The notes below the pieces were generated by a model. The model saw only the letters and a program-made list of their open reading frames with translations. It was not told the origin of the DNA and did no database searches. 64,000 nt of DNA from IMG/VR virus record IMGVR_UViG_3300050034_000334; one strand, given 5' to 3'. A program made the position numbers and the translations under genes. Of this stretch, positions 19,136-27,755 are shown one piece after another. Within the stretch, counting starts at the first letter, position 1. Each line of letters opens with the position of its first letter. This stretch comes from a virus (taxonomy: Duplodnaviria; Caudoviricetes).

Positions 19136-19627
19136 ATGAAGAAGATTTTTGTTGTAGTTGCAGACACGGTCACTGGTGCAAACGGCATCACCGTTGTGCA
19201 GCCGCTTGGCCGCCGTGTGGCCCAGGTTGCTCATGTGGTCAGCAAGGTTCGTGTAGAAATGCTCAAACATGCGCTCACAGGCATCATCAAGGGACTGGGA
19301 TCCAGAGTTTCCTCCAAGGTAGGAATTCTTCCCGCCATCATCAAGATGCCGAAGATCATGTTTCAGCACATCACGGCAATCACCCTTGCAATGTTCGAAC
19401 CCTATGCCACCATCATCCTATCCTGCCGTGATTCGAAGGAACTGATCCATGTCCAACAACTTCTGGACAGATCTCTCTTTCACCCTGACCATGAGTCCTT
19501 CGAGGATTATGATCAGCCGGACTACGGAGATGTGAACCTCCACGTCATGACAGCAATTGCCACTTGGCCGGTGGAGCCTGATCAGGTTCTGGGCATCACC
19601 GACTACCTGCCTCTGCTGTACAAATAG
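19136..19627 (+). CDS. Peptidyl-tRNA hydrolase type 2 (PTH2)-like protein
   Basis: GRRVAQVAHV, TIILSCRDSKEL, MTAIATWP..VLGITDYLPLL parallel PTH2 motifs. Confidence 0.6.
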   Translation: MKKIFVVVADTVTGANGITVVQPLGRRVAQVAHVVSKVRVEMLKHALTGIIKGLGSRVSSKVGILPAIIKMPKIMFQHITAITLAMFEPYATIILSCRDSKELIHVQQLLDRSLFHPDHESFEDYDQPDYGDVNLHVMTAIATWPVEPDQVLGITDYLPLLYK

Positions 19628-19633
19628 GAGACT

Positions 19634-19972
19634 ATGAAGAAAGCTCTGGTTTTGTTGGGTTGTTTGATCGCTTCACATACAGTTATGGCAGAAACTGGAA
19701 TTGCCAGTTTCTACGGTCGTGCTCATCAAGGCAAACTCATGGCCAACGGAAAGGTATTCAATGAGCACAAGATGACCGCAGCCAGCCGGACACTTCCGCT
19801 GGGTTCTCATGTGAAGGTTACTTCGTTGAAGAGCATGAAGTCTGTGATTGTCACCATCACTGATCGTGGTCCTAGACTGAAATCGAGGGTGATTGATCTG
19901 AGTTACACAGCGGCTCAAGTTCTGGGAATGATCGCACAGGGCACTTGTCGTGTAATCATCGAACCCCTGTAG
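19634..19972 (+). CDS. rlpA: RlpA-like double-psi beta-barrel lytic transglycosylase with signal peptide
   Basis: GIASFYG..MANG..F..MTAASRTLPLGS.VKVT..VTITDRGP..RVIDLSY.AA. Confidence 0.88.
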   Translation: MKKALVLLGCLIASHTVMAETGIASFYGRAHQGKLMANGKVFNEHKMTAASRTLPLGSHVKVTSLKSMKSVIVTITDRGPRLKSRVIDLSYTAAQVLGMIAQGTCRVIIEPL

Positions 19973-19980
19973 GAGACGAG

Positions 19981-20193
19981 ATGTACGACGTTTATGAAGA
20001 AAACCGTTTCCTCCGCAAACGGGTGTTCCAACTCCAGCTTCAACTGGATGAGGAGGAGCGCAAGCGCAATGAAACCCTCGATCTGTTGATCAAGGGCGAG
20101 TCGATGCGTAGTCGGATGATGCTGAATGCAATCCTCGACGGTTGCATTCCCAACTGTGGCGATAGATTGTCACTTCCCGTTTCTTCAGAGTAA
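19981..20193 (+). CDS. Small coiled-coil hypothetical protein
   Basis: AGGAG SD. Confidence 0.55.
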   Translation: MYDVYEENRFLRKRVFQLQLQLDEEERKRNETLDLLIKGESMRSRMMLNAILDGCIPNCGDRLSLPVSSE

Positions 20194-20220
20194 CTGATAT
20201 CTCATCCCAGAACGTAGAGT
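20191..20220 (+). promoter_or_regulatory. Phage promoter motif TAACTG-N18-TAGAGT
   Basis: ATG 20226 lies 5 nt downstream. Confidence 0.7.
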
Positions 20221-20225
20221 GAGCC

Positions 20226-20468
20226 ATGGACTGGATACCAATCAACACGCAGCAGCCTGAGATCAAGGTGATCCATGAGGAGTATGGCTTTCGTAACGTG
20301 GAGGTCATGCTTGACGACGACCAGATAGCCAAGGCTGAATTCCAGATTTGGAAGGGAGAGCGTGGTTGGATGGTTGAACTCCCTGATGAAGTAGGATTCT
20401 ACGCTGAAGAAAACGGGATGAACAAGTTCAGTCACCCCAAGATCAAGATGTGGAGATATCTAACATGA
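20226..20468 (+). CDS. Hypothetical protein
   Basis: Leaderless-type start; coupled to next gene. Confidence 0.65.
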   Translation: MDWIPINTQQPEIKVIHEEYGFRNVEVMLDDDQIAKAEFQIWKGERGWMVELPDEVGFYAEENGMNKFSHPKIKMWRYLT

Positions 20469-20989
20469 GTGACGATTTCGAACAGTCCGTACAGGCAAAA
20501 GCCAAGGAGTTGCTCGATCACTTCGCCGCGCTCAATGAGCGTACGAATGCCACTCGCAAGATCGCCTCTCCTCCTGAGGTCGGAATCATCTTCGTCTACG
20601 AAGGTCGCCTCCTCCTTGACACCACTCCTCTGACCGAGGCTGAAGACTTCAACGACAACAAGAACCTCCACTTCAAGGCTCACGCTCGTGGACACGATGC
20701 CTTCTGGAGCCAGCTGCAGCGTTTCGAATTGGTCCCCAAGGATGTCGAGTACGATGCTGTCCCGCGTGGCCGGGTGGTGTTTGATGTCAAGACCGGGAAG
20801 TTCAGCATCTTCCTCGACAAGTGCATCATGAAGGATCAGCGCATGGTGGACAAGATCGAGAACGAGATGAACCTCCCCTCCAGCAAGACGAATCCTCCAG
20901 TGCTTGACTCTCACTACAAGTGCCCGGGATGCAAGCCCAAGAAGTCCCCGGCTCAACTCAAGCAGGAAGAGGAAGACTGGGATTTCTAG
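20465..20989 (+). CDS. Hypothetical protein with H...YD..PRG domain
   Basis: GHDAFW..VEYDAVPRGRVVFD..HYKCPGC; RKIAS motif precedes domain. Confidence 0.75.
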   Translation: MSDDFEQSVQAKAKELLDHFAALNERTNATRKIASPPEVGIIFVYEGRLLLDTTPLTEAEDFNDNKNLHFKAHARGHDAFWSQLQRFELVPKDVEYDAVPRGRVVFDVKTGKFSIFLDKCIMKDQRMVDKIENEMNLPSSKTNPPVLDSHYKCPGCKPKKSPAQLKQEEEDWDF

Positions 20990-21324
20990 TGAAAGACAAT
21001 CCTTTGGATGAGTCTGATTACAACAAATTCATGGAAGAACTGAGAAGTCGTCCACCAAACCCTAACAGTGACGCTGGCATACGCATACTGTGCCAAGATA
21101 GAAACAGAAGGTTCTCACCCATTCTTGATGGGAAAATAAACCCAGATTTTGAGGGCAGGATGAGCGACACAGACCGTATTGATCTACTGACAAGAGTGAT
21201 TCATCTTCTCCTGGACAACATCGATTACCAGGCCGGCAATTGTCGGGTCAATGATATGATCGGAGCCGTTCTTCCACCTGAGATCCTCCGTATCGCCAAG
21301 GAAGCAGTGAATGTTCCCAGATGA
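20989..21324 (+). CDS. Hypothetical protein
   Basis: GTG start overlapping previous stop. Confidence 0.55.
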   Translation: MKDNPLDESDYNKFMEELRSRPPNPNSDAGIRILCQDRNRRFSPILDGKINPDFEGRMSDTDRIDLLTRVIHLLLDNIDYQAGNCRVNDMIGAVLPPEILRIAKEAVNVPR

Positions 21325-21511
21325 CCTTCCTCGATTCCGTGACTTCCACCAGACTCTCAGTGAGCGTGGCGAAGAGCGTGAGCCTCGCACTCCCACAGGC
21401 CGCAAGAAGTCCAATCCCAATCTCCAAAACATTCCTATTCCGCGAACTGCTATCGGGAATGAGATCCGCCGTATCATGAAGACGTGGACTGGAGTGACCT
21501 ATGAAAAATGA
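21311..21511 (+). CDS. Hypothetical protein
   Basis: Overlaps neighbours. Confidence 0.5.
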   Translation: MFPDDLPRFRDFHQTLSERGEEREPRTPTGRKKSNPNLQNIPIPRTAIGNEIRRIMKTWTGVTYEK

Positions 21512-22118
21512 AGAACGCGATCCACTAGGTGTCGGAAAATATGATGAATTCACAGGTGGAGTCGTCAGCGATCTAGACGTCGTCCTTGATCCCTCCCTCG
21601 TGGAGCCGATCGAAACCAAGACTCTGTCGGAGAGACTTGAGATCGAACTGAACAAGCAGGAAGTCAAGGGAGAAGAGGTCATCCGTCAGCCCAAGAAGTG
21701 GCCGGTTGCAACTGATGAACAGCGAGACACTGCACATGAGCATGACCCTGCTCAGTTCGGCCATGTGGAAGAGGGGGAAGACGAGAGCAGCATCGATTTG
21801 GACAACTTGTTCAAATCTATTGCTCCGATTGCATCGTTTCCTCGAGAGGAACTGCTCCTCGACGCTCTCAAGGGAGTTCTGGACCTCCACAACAACATTG
21901 TCAGGGCGACTGTTATGTTCCTCGAGGATGACAAGCCTCATGGAGCCTGGAAGCATCTGAATCAGTCCAAAGGCGCGATGGAGTGCCAAGTGGTGGACGT
22001 CATCCGCGTGTTGTTCAACCACGACAAGGCCACCAGTCTGATTCTGGCTCTCGACATTGAAGAGCCTTCTGCGGAACAGGTCGTGGCTGAAGTACTGGAA
22101 GCACACGATGTAAATTAG
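21501..22118 (+). CDS. Acidic hypothetical protein
   Basis: 205-aa ORF, phage-like codon use. Confidence 0.7.
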   Translation: MKNEERDPLGVGKYDEFTGGVVSDLDVVLDPSLVEPIETKTLSERLEIELNKQEVKGEEVIRQPKKWPVATDEQRDTAHEHDPAQFGHVEEGEDESSIDLDNLFKSIAPIASFPREELLLDALKGVLDLHNNIVRATVMFLEDDKPHGAWKHLNQSKGAMECQVVDVIRVLFNHDKATSLILALDIEEPSAEQVVAEVLEAHDVN

Positions 22119-22145
22119 CCGATTTGGCTCATTCTTCGGTAGAAT
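22116..22145 (+). promoter_or_regulatory. Phage promoter motif TAGCCG-N18-TAGAAT
   Basis: Ligase ATG 5 nt downstream, no SD. Confidence 0.75.
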
Positions 22146-22150
22146 GAAGT

Positions 22151-22966
22151 ATGAGCCAGATCCGCCTAATGCCAGAGTTGCTTCAAGAAGAGCCGATCTC
22201 CTCTATTCAGAAGTACATCAAGGACAGCCGGTATGGCTTCCAAGAGAAGTACAACGGCAAACGTCGTGTAATCATCCGCGACGGTGGCTATGTCTATTGC
22301 TTGAATAAAGAGAGCGAAGTTCGCGACCTCCCCAGAAGTTTGGCCGCCAAGCTCCTCAGTCATCCTCTTGACAGATTTGTCCTCGACTGCGAACTCATGC
22401 AGGACGAAAGCCTCAAGGTGTTTGATGCGCTCATCCTGGGCAAACACCTGCTGGGCGGCGAAGAGTACACCACTCGCCTGGACATGATCCGCACGGCATT
22501 CGGCAAGTTTGCTTACATCGAAGTTGCTTCGCTTGTAGTCACCGAAAGCGAGAAGAGGCAATTCGCGCAGCGTCTCGAAGGCGAGAATGCTGAGGGCATC
22601 GTAGTTCGCCGCCTGGATGCGACTTACAAGCAGGGTGATTCTCGTCAACATTTTAAGATAAAATTTTGGAAGACAGTTGATACTGTTGTTATCTCATTCG
22701 AACGTACTGATGCAGCAGGTCATCCTACCAGTGTAAATATCGGATGCTACGACAAGAAAGGTCAGCTTCAACGCATTTCAGGTGCCTCTCTGATAGGCAA
22801 AGATCCGAGCATTCGTCCTGGATCGGTTTTGGAAGTGAAATTTCTATACTCTACACCCACTGGTCACATAGTTCAACCGGCTATCTTGGGAGTCCGCGAT
22901 GATAAGAGTCCGGCTTCCTGTACGATGGATAAAGTTCTCAAATACCGCAACAAAAACTGGAAGTAA
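22151..22966 (+). CDS. lig: Minimal ATP-dependent DNA ligase (adenylation + OB fold)
   Basis: QEKYNG motif I, VLDCEL, KVFDAL, AEGIVVR, FKIK, LEVKF..QPAILGVRDDK. Confidence 0.85.
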   Translation: MSQIRLMPELLQEEPISSIQKYIKDSRYGFQEKYNGKRRVIIRDGGYVYCLNKESEVRDLPRSLAAKLLSHPLDRFVLDCELMQDESLKVFDALILGKHLLGGEEYTTRLDMIRTAFGKFAYIEVASLVVTESEKRQFAQRLEGENAEGIVVRRLDATYKQGDSRQHFKIKFWKTVDTVVISFERTDAAGHPTSVNIGCYDKKGQLQRISGASLIGKDPSIRPGSVLEVKFLYSTPTGHIVQPAILGVRDDKSPASCTMDKVLKYRNKNWK

Positions 22967-23009
22967 CTGGCAGTATTAGCCATTCAACTCACAGAATTGT
23001 GGAGTTTGA

Positions 23010-23633
23010 ATGCTTATCTATGTCGTCACCAATTCCATAAATGACAAAGTTTACGTTGGACAACATCGTGGCAATAGAGCAGAACATAGATTAAAGCGAC
23101 ATCTATACGAAGCAGCCCATGGTAGTCAAACTCACTTTCATCGAGCCATAAGGAAGTATGGAGCTTCCAATTTCCGGATACAAGTTCTCTGTAACGATGT
23201 TGGATCTTTGAAGGAATTAGACAATCTGGAACGTATCTGGATAATTCTACTTGATTCTAGAAATACAGGGTACAACCTGGCTCGAGGTGGATCATTTGAA
23301 AATCATGTGGGAGCCAAGGGTTACAAGCACACGGAAATCACTCGTAACCAGATAAGTGTGGCCACTAAAGGAAGACAACCCTCTATTCCCAAAGGTAGTA
23401 CCCGGTCTGAAGATTTCAAGAAGAAAATGAGGAAACCGAAATCGAAAGAACACAAGGAGGCTATGAAAGGCCCCAAATCTGCGTCTCACAGAGAGGCTAT
23501 CAGAGCATCCAAACAGGTCATTTCAGAAGAAACTAGATACCGGCTTCGAAAATCGGCTATCGCTAGAGGAATTCGTCAAAGATTAGCCAAAACCGAGCAT
23601 CTAGCGGTAGAGAACAGTGAGGATACTCCATGA
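23010..23633 (+). CDS. GIY-YIG homing endonuclease with NUMOD3 repeats
   Basis: LIYVVTN..KVYVGQ, FHRAIRKYG, GYNLARGG. Confidence 0.85.
   Translation: MLIYVVTNSINDKVYVGQHRGNRAEHRLKRHLYEAAHGSQTHFHRAIRKYGASNFRIQVLCNDVGSLKELDNLERIWIILLDSRNTGYNLARGGSFENHVGAKGYKHTEITRNQISVATKGRQPSIPKGSTRSEDFKKKMRKPKSKEHKEAMKGPKSASHREAIRASKQVISEETRYRLRKSAIARGIRQRLAKTEHLAVENSEDTP
23584..23613 (+). promoter_or_regulatory. Phage promoter motif TAGCCA-N18-TAGAGA, inside 3' end of HEG
   Basis: Upstream of 23630 gene. Confidence 0.65.
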
Positions 23634-23899
23634 GAACTTTTGATGTAATGGAAGACGGAGAAGAACGATCCAAAGCCACCTATTCCGATGGAACTCCTTG
23701 GGTTGGAGATTACTGCAGTTCCGAAGATGCTCTCAAATTGGAGGAGTGTCTACTACAAGTTCTCAACTTCATGGAAAATCCAGCGATAGGCACTTGGCCT
23801 TATATGGAAGGCACTGGATTTTACGACGACCTTGCCAAGCAGAAGAAGGCGATCCGTAATGTACTGACCGATGTAAGAAAGATTGTGTTCAAGGGATGA
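23630..23899 (+). CDS. Hypothetical protein
   Basis: GAGGA SD. Confidence 0.6.
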   Translation: MRTFDVMEDGEERSKATYSDGTPWVGDYCSSEDALKLEECLLQVLNFMENPAIGTWPYMEGTGFYDDLAKQKKAIRNVLTDVRKIVFKG

Positions 23900-23902
23900 A
23901 TC

Positions 23903-24124
23903 ATGGCCGAATGGAACCAGTGTTTCTATTGTGGACGCACACTGAAGAACCGCAGAGAAATCACCGCAGATCACGTGGAACCGAGTTCGATCGGAGGAGA
24001 GAAAATGGTGACCTCGTGTCGTGAATGTAACAACGCGAAGGGGTTTGAAACGCTGGATTGGTTTCGCGAGTTTTTAGGGGTAGAAAGATTCTTCGGAGAA
24101 AAGCGTGGATGGAAATCGTGGTAA
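23903..24124 (+). CDS. Small HNH endonuclease
   Basis: CFYCG..TADHVEP..SCRECNNAKG. Confidence 0.8.
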   Translation: MAEWNQCFYCGRTLKNRREITADHVEPSSIGGEKMVTSCRECNNAKGFETLDWFREFLGVERFFGEKRGWKSW

Positions 24125-24252
24125 TCAGTTTGACGTTACTCGCCCCTATCCACGATCTGCTCTTCGTAACTTAGCAGATGAGCTCGAGCGGGAAGTGGGA
24201 TCAAATGAAGCGTGACGAACATGAGATGCGCGAGTGGATCGTGGGTTTCAAC

Positions 24253-24282
24253 TAACCCAGGAGTATTATAGGCCAATGGAGA
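24253..24282 (+). promoter_or_regulatory. Variant promoter motif TAACCC-N18-TGGAGA
   Basis: Same spacing as consensus, mismatches in both boxes. Confidence 0.45.
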
Positions 24283-24292
24283 GTGCCTTAAT

Positions 24293-24943
24293 ATGCTCAT
24301 TGAGAAGTTCTTTGAACTAGCACCGAACCCCAACCAGGTCGAGGTCACAGCTGTCCTCTCAAAACTGCTGACTCAGTACAGTGCACCCCATCGTCACTAC
24401 CACAATCTCATCCATCTTGAATGCGGACTGCACACCTATTTCATGATGTACAGCAAGATCGATGTCACCGATTTCTTCGCATGGGCATATCACGATGTGG
24501 TGTACCATCCTCTCGATTCCGACAATGAGAACAAGAGTGCCGGATACTTCCTCAAGGATTCTGTCGCGCTGGGATTCAACATCGCTAAGAAGGAACAGTG
24601 GGAAGTGGCTGATGTGATCTCCAATAAGATCCTTGAGACGGCTCATGCATCGAAGAGTCACTCTTTTGTGAATGACATGGACCTGTCAACCTTGGGCATG
24701 GACAAGAGTCAGTACGAGCATTATGCTGATCTCATCCGGCAAGAATACGTTCCTCCTCTTGCCGAAGAAGCCTTCATTCTTGGAAGAATCCAAGTATTGG
24801 AGCGACTGCTGTCTGATGAACACAGTCCAATTTTCTGGGACAGAGAGTTCAAGGACAAATTCGAGGATCAGGCACGGATAAACATGAGTGTGGAAGTAGC
24901 CCAGTTGCAACTCAAGAAAGCTGCAATATCGGAGAAAGTGTGA
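24293..24943 (+). CDS. HD-superfamily metal-dependent phosphohydrolase
   Basis: YSAPHRHYHNLIH, AYHDVVY..NENKSA, NDMDLSTLG, IRQEY. Confidence 0.85.
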   Translation: MLIEKFFELAPNPNQVEVTAVLSKLLTQYSAPHRHYHNLIHLECGLHTYFMMYSKIDVTDFFAWAYHDVVYHPLDSDNENKSAGYFLKDSVALGFNIAKKEQWEVADVISNKILETAHASKSHSFVNDMDLSTLGMDKSQYEHYADLIRQEYVPPLAEEAFILGRIQVLERLLSDEHSPIFWDREFKDKFEDQARINMSVEVAQLQLKKAAISEKV

Positions 24944-24950
24944 GGGAAAG

Positions 24951-26072
24951 ATGGGGAAAGCAAAAGTAACACCGAAGTACCAGCAGTATCTTGGAATCGT
25001 CCGAGATCACTCCGGCTCGATGAGTCATCTTGCTCACGCGGCGGCCAAGGATTACAACACCATCATCGAGGCTCTGAAAGGCGCGGCAGAGTCCAACGGC
25101 GTGAACTCGAATGTATGCGTCGTTCGCTGTGGAGTGGGTCATAGCGGCACCTTCAACTTCGAGAACCTGAACACTCCTCTCAAGGAAATCCAGCCGGTGG
25201 TCAACTACCAGACCGATGGCGGATGGACTCCTCTGTTCGATAGCGTGAACTCTGCCATCGACCAGGTCTCAATGAATGCTGACTCCGACTCCATGCCTGA
25301 CGCCTCCTTCCTCGTCATGGCAATCACTGACGGAGTGGACAACAAGTCCGCGATGACGGCCTCTGGTCTGGCGAATCGCATTCAGTCCTTGCAGACCACC
25401 GACAAGTGGACCTTCGTGTTCCGTGTTCCTATGGGATCCAAGAGGAGACTGGTCAATCTGGGTATCCCTGAGGGCAACATCCTCGAGTGGGTTCAGACTG
25501 TTCAGGGCCTCGAAGAGTCATCGGTCAAGACTGTGGCTGCTGTGTGGACCTACATGGATGAGCAGAGCAGGGGCATCACATCCACTCGCAGCTTCTATGC
25601 AAACCTGGACGACGTGAAGCCGGCAGAGGTTCGCAAGGAGATGACCAACATCACTGCGAAGGTCAAGTTCTTCAAGGTCGGCAAGCCCAAGCTCGTTATC
25701 GGAGTTTCCACCGGCTCCTATCCGACTTACTCCGTTCGCGACTTCATGGAGCGCAGGACTCGGAGACCCTATCAGCCTGGTTCGGCCTTCTACCAGTTGA
25801 CCAAGAGCGAGATTGTTCAGGAGTACAAGCAGATCGCCATTCGGAACAAGAAGTCCTTGGCTGTCTACGTTGGCTCTGAGGCTCGTGAGTTGCTGGGCAT
25901 CCCCACGGTAGGCAGCATCCGGTTGAAGCCTGGAAAGACGAAGGAGTTCACCATCTTCATCCAGTCAACCTCCTACAATCGGGTGCTCGTTACTGGGACG
26001 GAAGCCATGTACTACAAGGGTGCGACCTATCAACCCCGGTTGCGCTTCAAGAAAGCTGTCGCCGCCGCATGA
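24951..26072 (+). CDS. vWA-domain protein with C-terminal beta-domain
   Basis: MIDAS DHSGSM, GWTPLFDSV, AITDGVDN. Confidence 0.82.
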   Translation: MGKAKVTPKYQQYLGIVRDHSGSMSHLAHAAAKDYNTIIEALKGAAESNGVNSNVCVVRCGVGHSGTFNFENLNTPLKEIQPVVNYQTDGGWTPLFDSVNSAIDQVSMNADSDSMPDASFLVMAITDGVDNKSAMTASGLANRIQSLQTTDKWTFVFRVPMGSKRRLVNLGIPEGNILEWVQTVQGLEESSVKTVAAVWTYMDEQSRGITSTRSFYANLDDVKPAEVRKEMTNITAKVKFFKVGKPKLVIGVSTGSYPTYSVRDFMERRTRRPYQPGSAFYQLTKSEIVQEYKQIAIRNKKSLAVYVGSEARELLGIPTVGSIRLKPGKTKEFTIFIQSTSYNRVLVTGTEAMYYKGATYQPRLRFKKAVAAA

Positions 26073-26407
26073 TCACAAAAGTCAGCATGATCAGGGAGTA
26101 CAAGAAGGTCGTCCGGGAGTGCAAGGCTGAACTCAAGAATTGCTCTCCTGACGACTTGGGCATACCGGCCATCCAGGGGAACATGGCGGCGGCTGAACAT
26201 TGGATCAAGTTCCTCTCTGACCCGGATGTACCTGAACAGGGCGATCCGGAATTCGATGCAAAGATGGCGAAGCTGAAAGTCAGGGATGCTGCTCGAGCCA
26301 GAGAGTCCAAACTCGTCAAGAGGGCGGCGGCCAAGGCGGCTGCAAAAGCTGCCAAGGCGGCTGCAAAAGCTGCCAAGGCCAAGAAGAAGTCAGTCACAGT
26401 GGGATAA
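26069..26407 (+). CDS. Hypothetical protein with Ala/Lys histone-like tail
   Basis: KRAAAKAAAKAAKAAAKAAKAKKK. Confidence 0.65.
   Translation: MITKVSMIREYKKVVRECKAELKNCSPDDLGIPAIQGNMAAAEHWIKFLSDPDVPEQGDPEFDAKMAKLKVRDAARARESKLVKRAAAKAAAKAAKAAAKAAKAKKKSVTVG
26330..26379 (+). repeat. In-frame 21-bp tandem repeat
   Basis: GCCAAGGCGGCTGCAAAAGCT x2 plus partial. Confidence 0.9.
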
Positions 26408-26626
26408 CGAATCCTTCACGGATTTCAGTTCTCCCATCAGGACTTGTTCACGCTGTGTGAGTAGAGTGCGATTGAGTTCTGCTGCTCGGATCTTCTCTTC
26501 TTCCAGAACACGAATGGGCTGGCCTTCCACGGTCAGCCCTGAAAGATGAGCAAGTGCCTTACAGATAAGATTGAGGTCTTTGCTGGTGAATTCCAGGGAG
26601 TACTGTGCTAGTGCTGAGATCTTCAT
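26390..26626 (-). CDS. Hypothetical protein
   Basis: GAGGA SD and promoter motif upstream. Confidence 0.6.
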   Translation of the reverse strand: MKISALAQYSLEFTSKDLNLICKALAHLSGLTVEGQPIRVLEEEKIRAAELNRTLLTQREQVLMGELKSVKDSLSHCD

Positions 26627-26641
26627 TTTTGTATCCTCTAC

Positions 26642-26671
26642 CTTCTAGGGTGTGAGAACAGCGATCCGTTA
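26642..26671 (-). promoter_or_regulatory. Phage promoter motif TAACGG-N18-TAGAAG
   Basis: Same spacing as consensus. Confidence 0.6.
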
Positions 26672-26928
26672 CGCCATCAGCAAAAATAATTCTTCTCAGA
26701 CCCTTTATTTTTCCCAGTAACCGAGTAACAATCAGAGTGGCACCAAGAGGTACACGAGTGGATTGAGGTTGGTCATACAGAAATGTGGACTGACTACGCT
26801 TGTGCTTGTGGTGCTCGTCATGAGTGCGATCATCTAGGATGCAACGATCCTGAAAATTGTCCGATCAGGATTATTACTCAAAACGAGAAGAAAGTAGTAT
26901 ACTGTTGAAGTGGAAATCGGTAACATTC

Positions 26929-26952
26929 GACTGAGACTGAGATTGAGATTGA
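26929..26952 (+). repeat. Four tandem GAYTGA hexamers directly before SD (candidate RNA operator)
   Basis: GACTGA GACTGA GATTGA GATTGA AAGGA. Confidence 0.85.
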
Positions 26953-26965
26953 AAGGAAAAGCAAC

Positions 26966-27751
26966 ATGCCAAAGCTCCACGAACTGCTGGCTGTCCAGGG
27001 AAACTTGAGCGGACAGTCTACCAAGCTGAGAACTGATCTGTCGGTGCTCTTCAAGAGCAAGAAGCACCACTTCACGGAGACCACGAAGATCTTCATCTCC
27101 AGTGAAGAGGGAACTGCGAAGGAACCAGTTCTCGAAGATCAGCAGAACATTCAGACCACGGTTCTCAAGGAGATCACGTGGATTTGCCCACATCTGGCCA
27201 AGTCTCTCGATGTGGCGTTCCAAGTCGACATGGCCAACACCAAGGCGGCTGCTGACGTCATTCCCGAGGAAGGCGAAGAGCCTCTTCTGCGTAACATTCC
27301 AGCGACCACTCTCCTGCAGTTGGAGAAGAGGGTTGTGGAGTGGAAGGCCATGATCGCAGACATCCCCACCCTGGACCCTGCGAAGGGTTTCGAGGTTGAT
27401 CCGAACCACCGGGAAGCCAAGCAGGGCAAGGGCATCTACAAGGCTCGCGAAGTCAAGAAGCCTCGTACGCGCAAGGTCAAGGAAATCATCACGCTGTCGC
27501 CGGCAACGGACAAGTTCGCGGCCAACGTCCAGGTGTATGATGCTGACAAGACCATCGGCCAGACTCAGGAAACTGAGTGGAGTTCCATGATCACCCCGGC
27601 TCTCAAGGCGGATTTGCTGGATCGAGTGGAGACGCTGTTTCGTGCCGTGACCAAGGCTCGCGCCAAGGCCAACGAGTACTCCCTTGAGTCCAAGGAAAAG
27701 ATTGGTTCCACGCTGTTGGAGTACGTTTTCCAGCCGCTGCTTGGAGCCTAA
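26966..27751 (+). CDS. Uncharacterised protein linked to downstream structured RNA
   Basis: MPKLHELLAV..D.ANTKAAADV..IPATTLLQLEK..IPTLDP..RTRK..PAT.K..V..W...FRAV.KAR.KAN; recalled as a widespread unannotated family. Confidence 0.8.
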   Translation: MPKLHELLAVQGNLSGQSTKLRTDLSVLFKSKKHHFTETTKIFISSEEGTAKEPVLEDQQNIQTTVLKEITWICPHLAKSLDVAFQVDMANTKAAADVIPEEGEEPLLRNIPATTLLQLEKRVVEWKAMIADIPTLDPAKGFEVDPNHREAKQGKGIYKAREVKKPRTRKVKEIITLSPATDKFAANVQVYDADKTIGQTQETEWSSMITPALKADLLDRVETLFRAVTKARAKANEYSLESKEKIGSTLLEYVFQPLLGA

Positions 27752-27755
27752 CGAG

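Noticed and set aside
22976-23005. Further copy of the promoter motif upstream of HEG 23010
   Set aside because: Both boxes deviate (TTAGCC/TGGAGT) and the GGAG may simply be an SD.
24951-26072. Ro60/TROVE protein as partner of the Y-like RNA
   Set aside because: The vWA domain is N-terminal and there is no HEAT-repeat TROVE domain.
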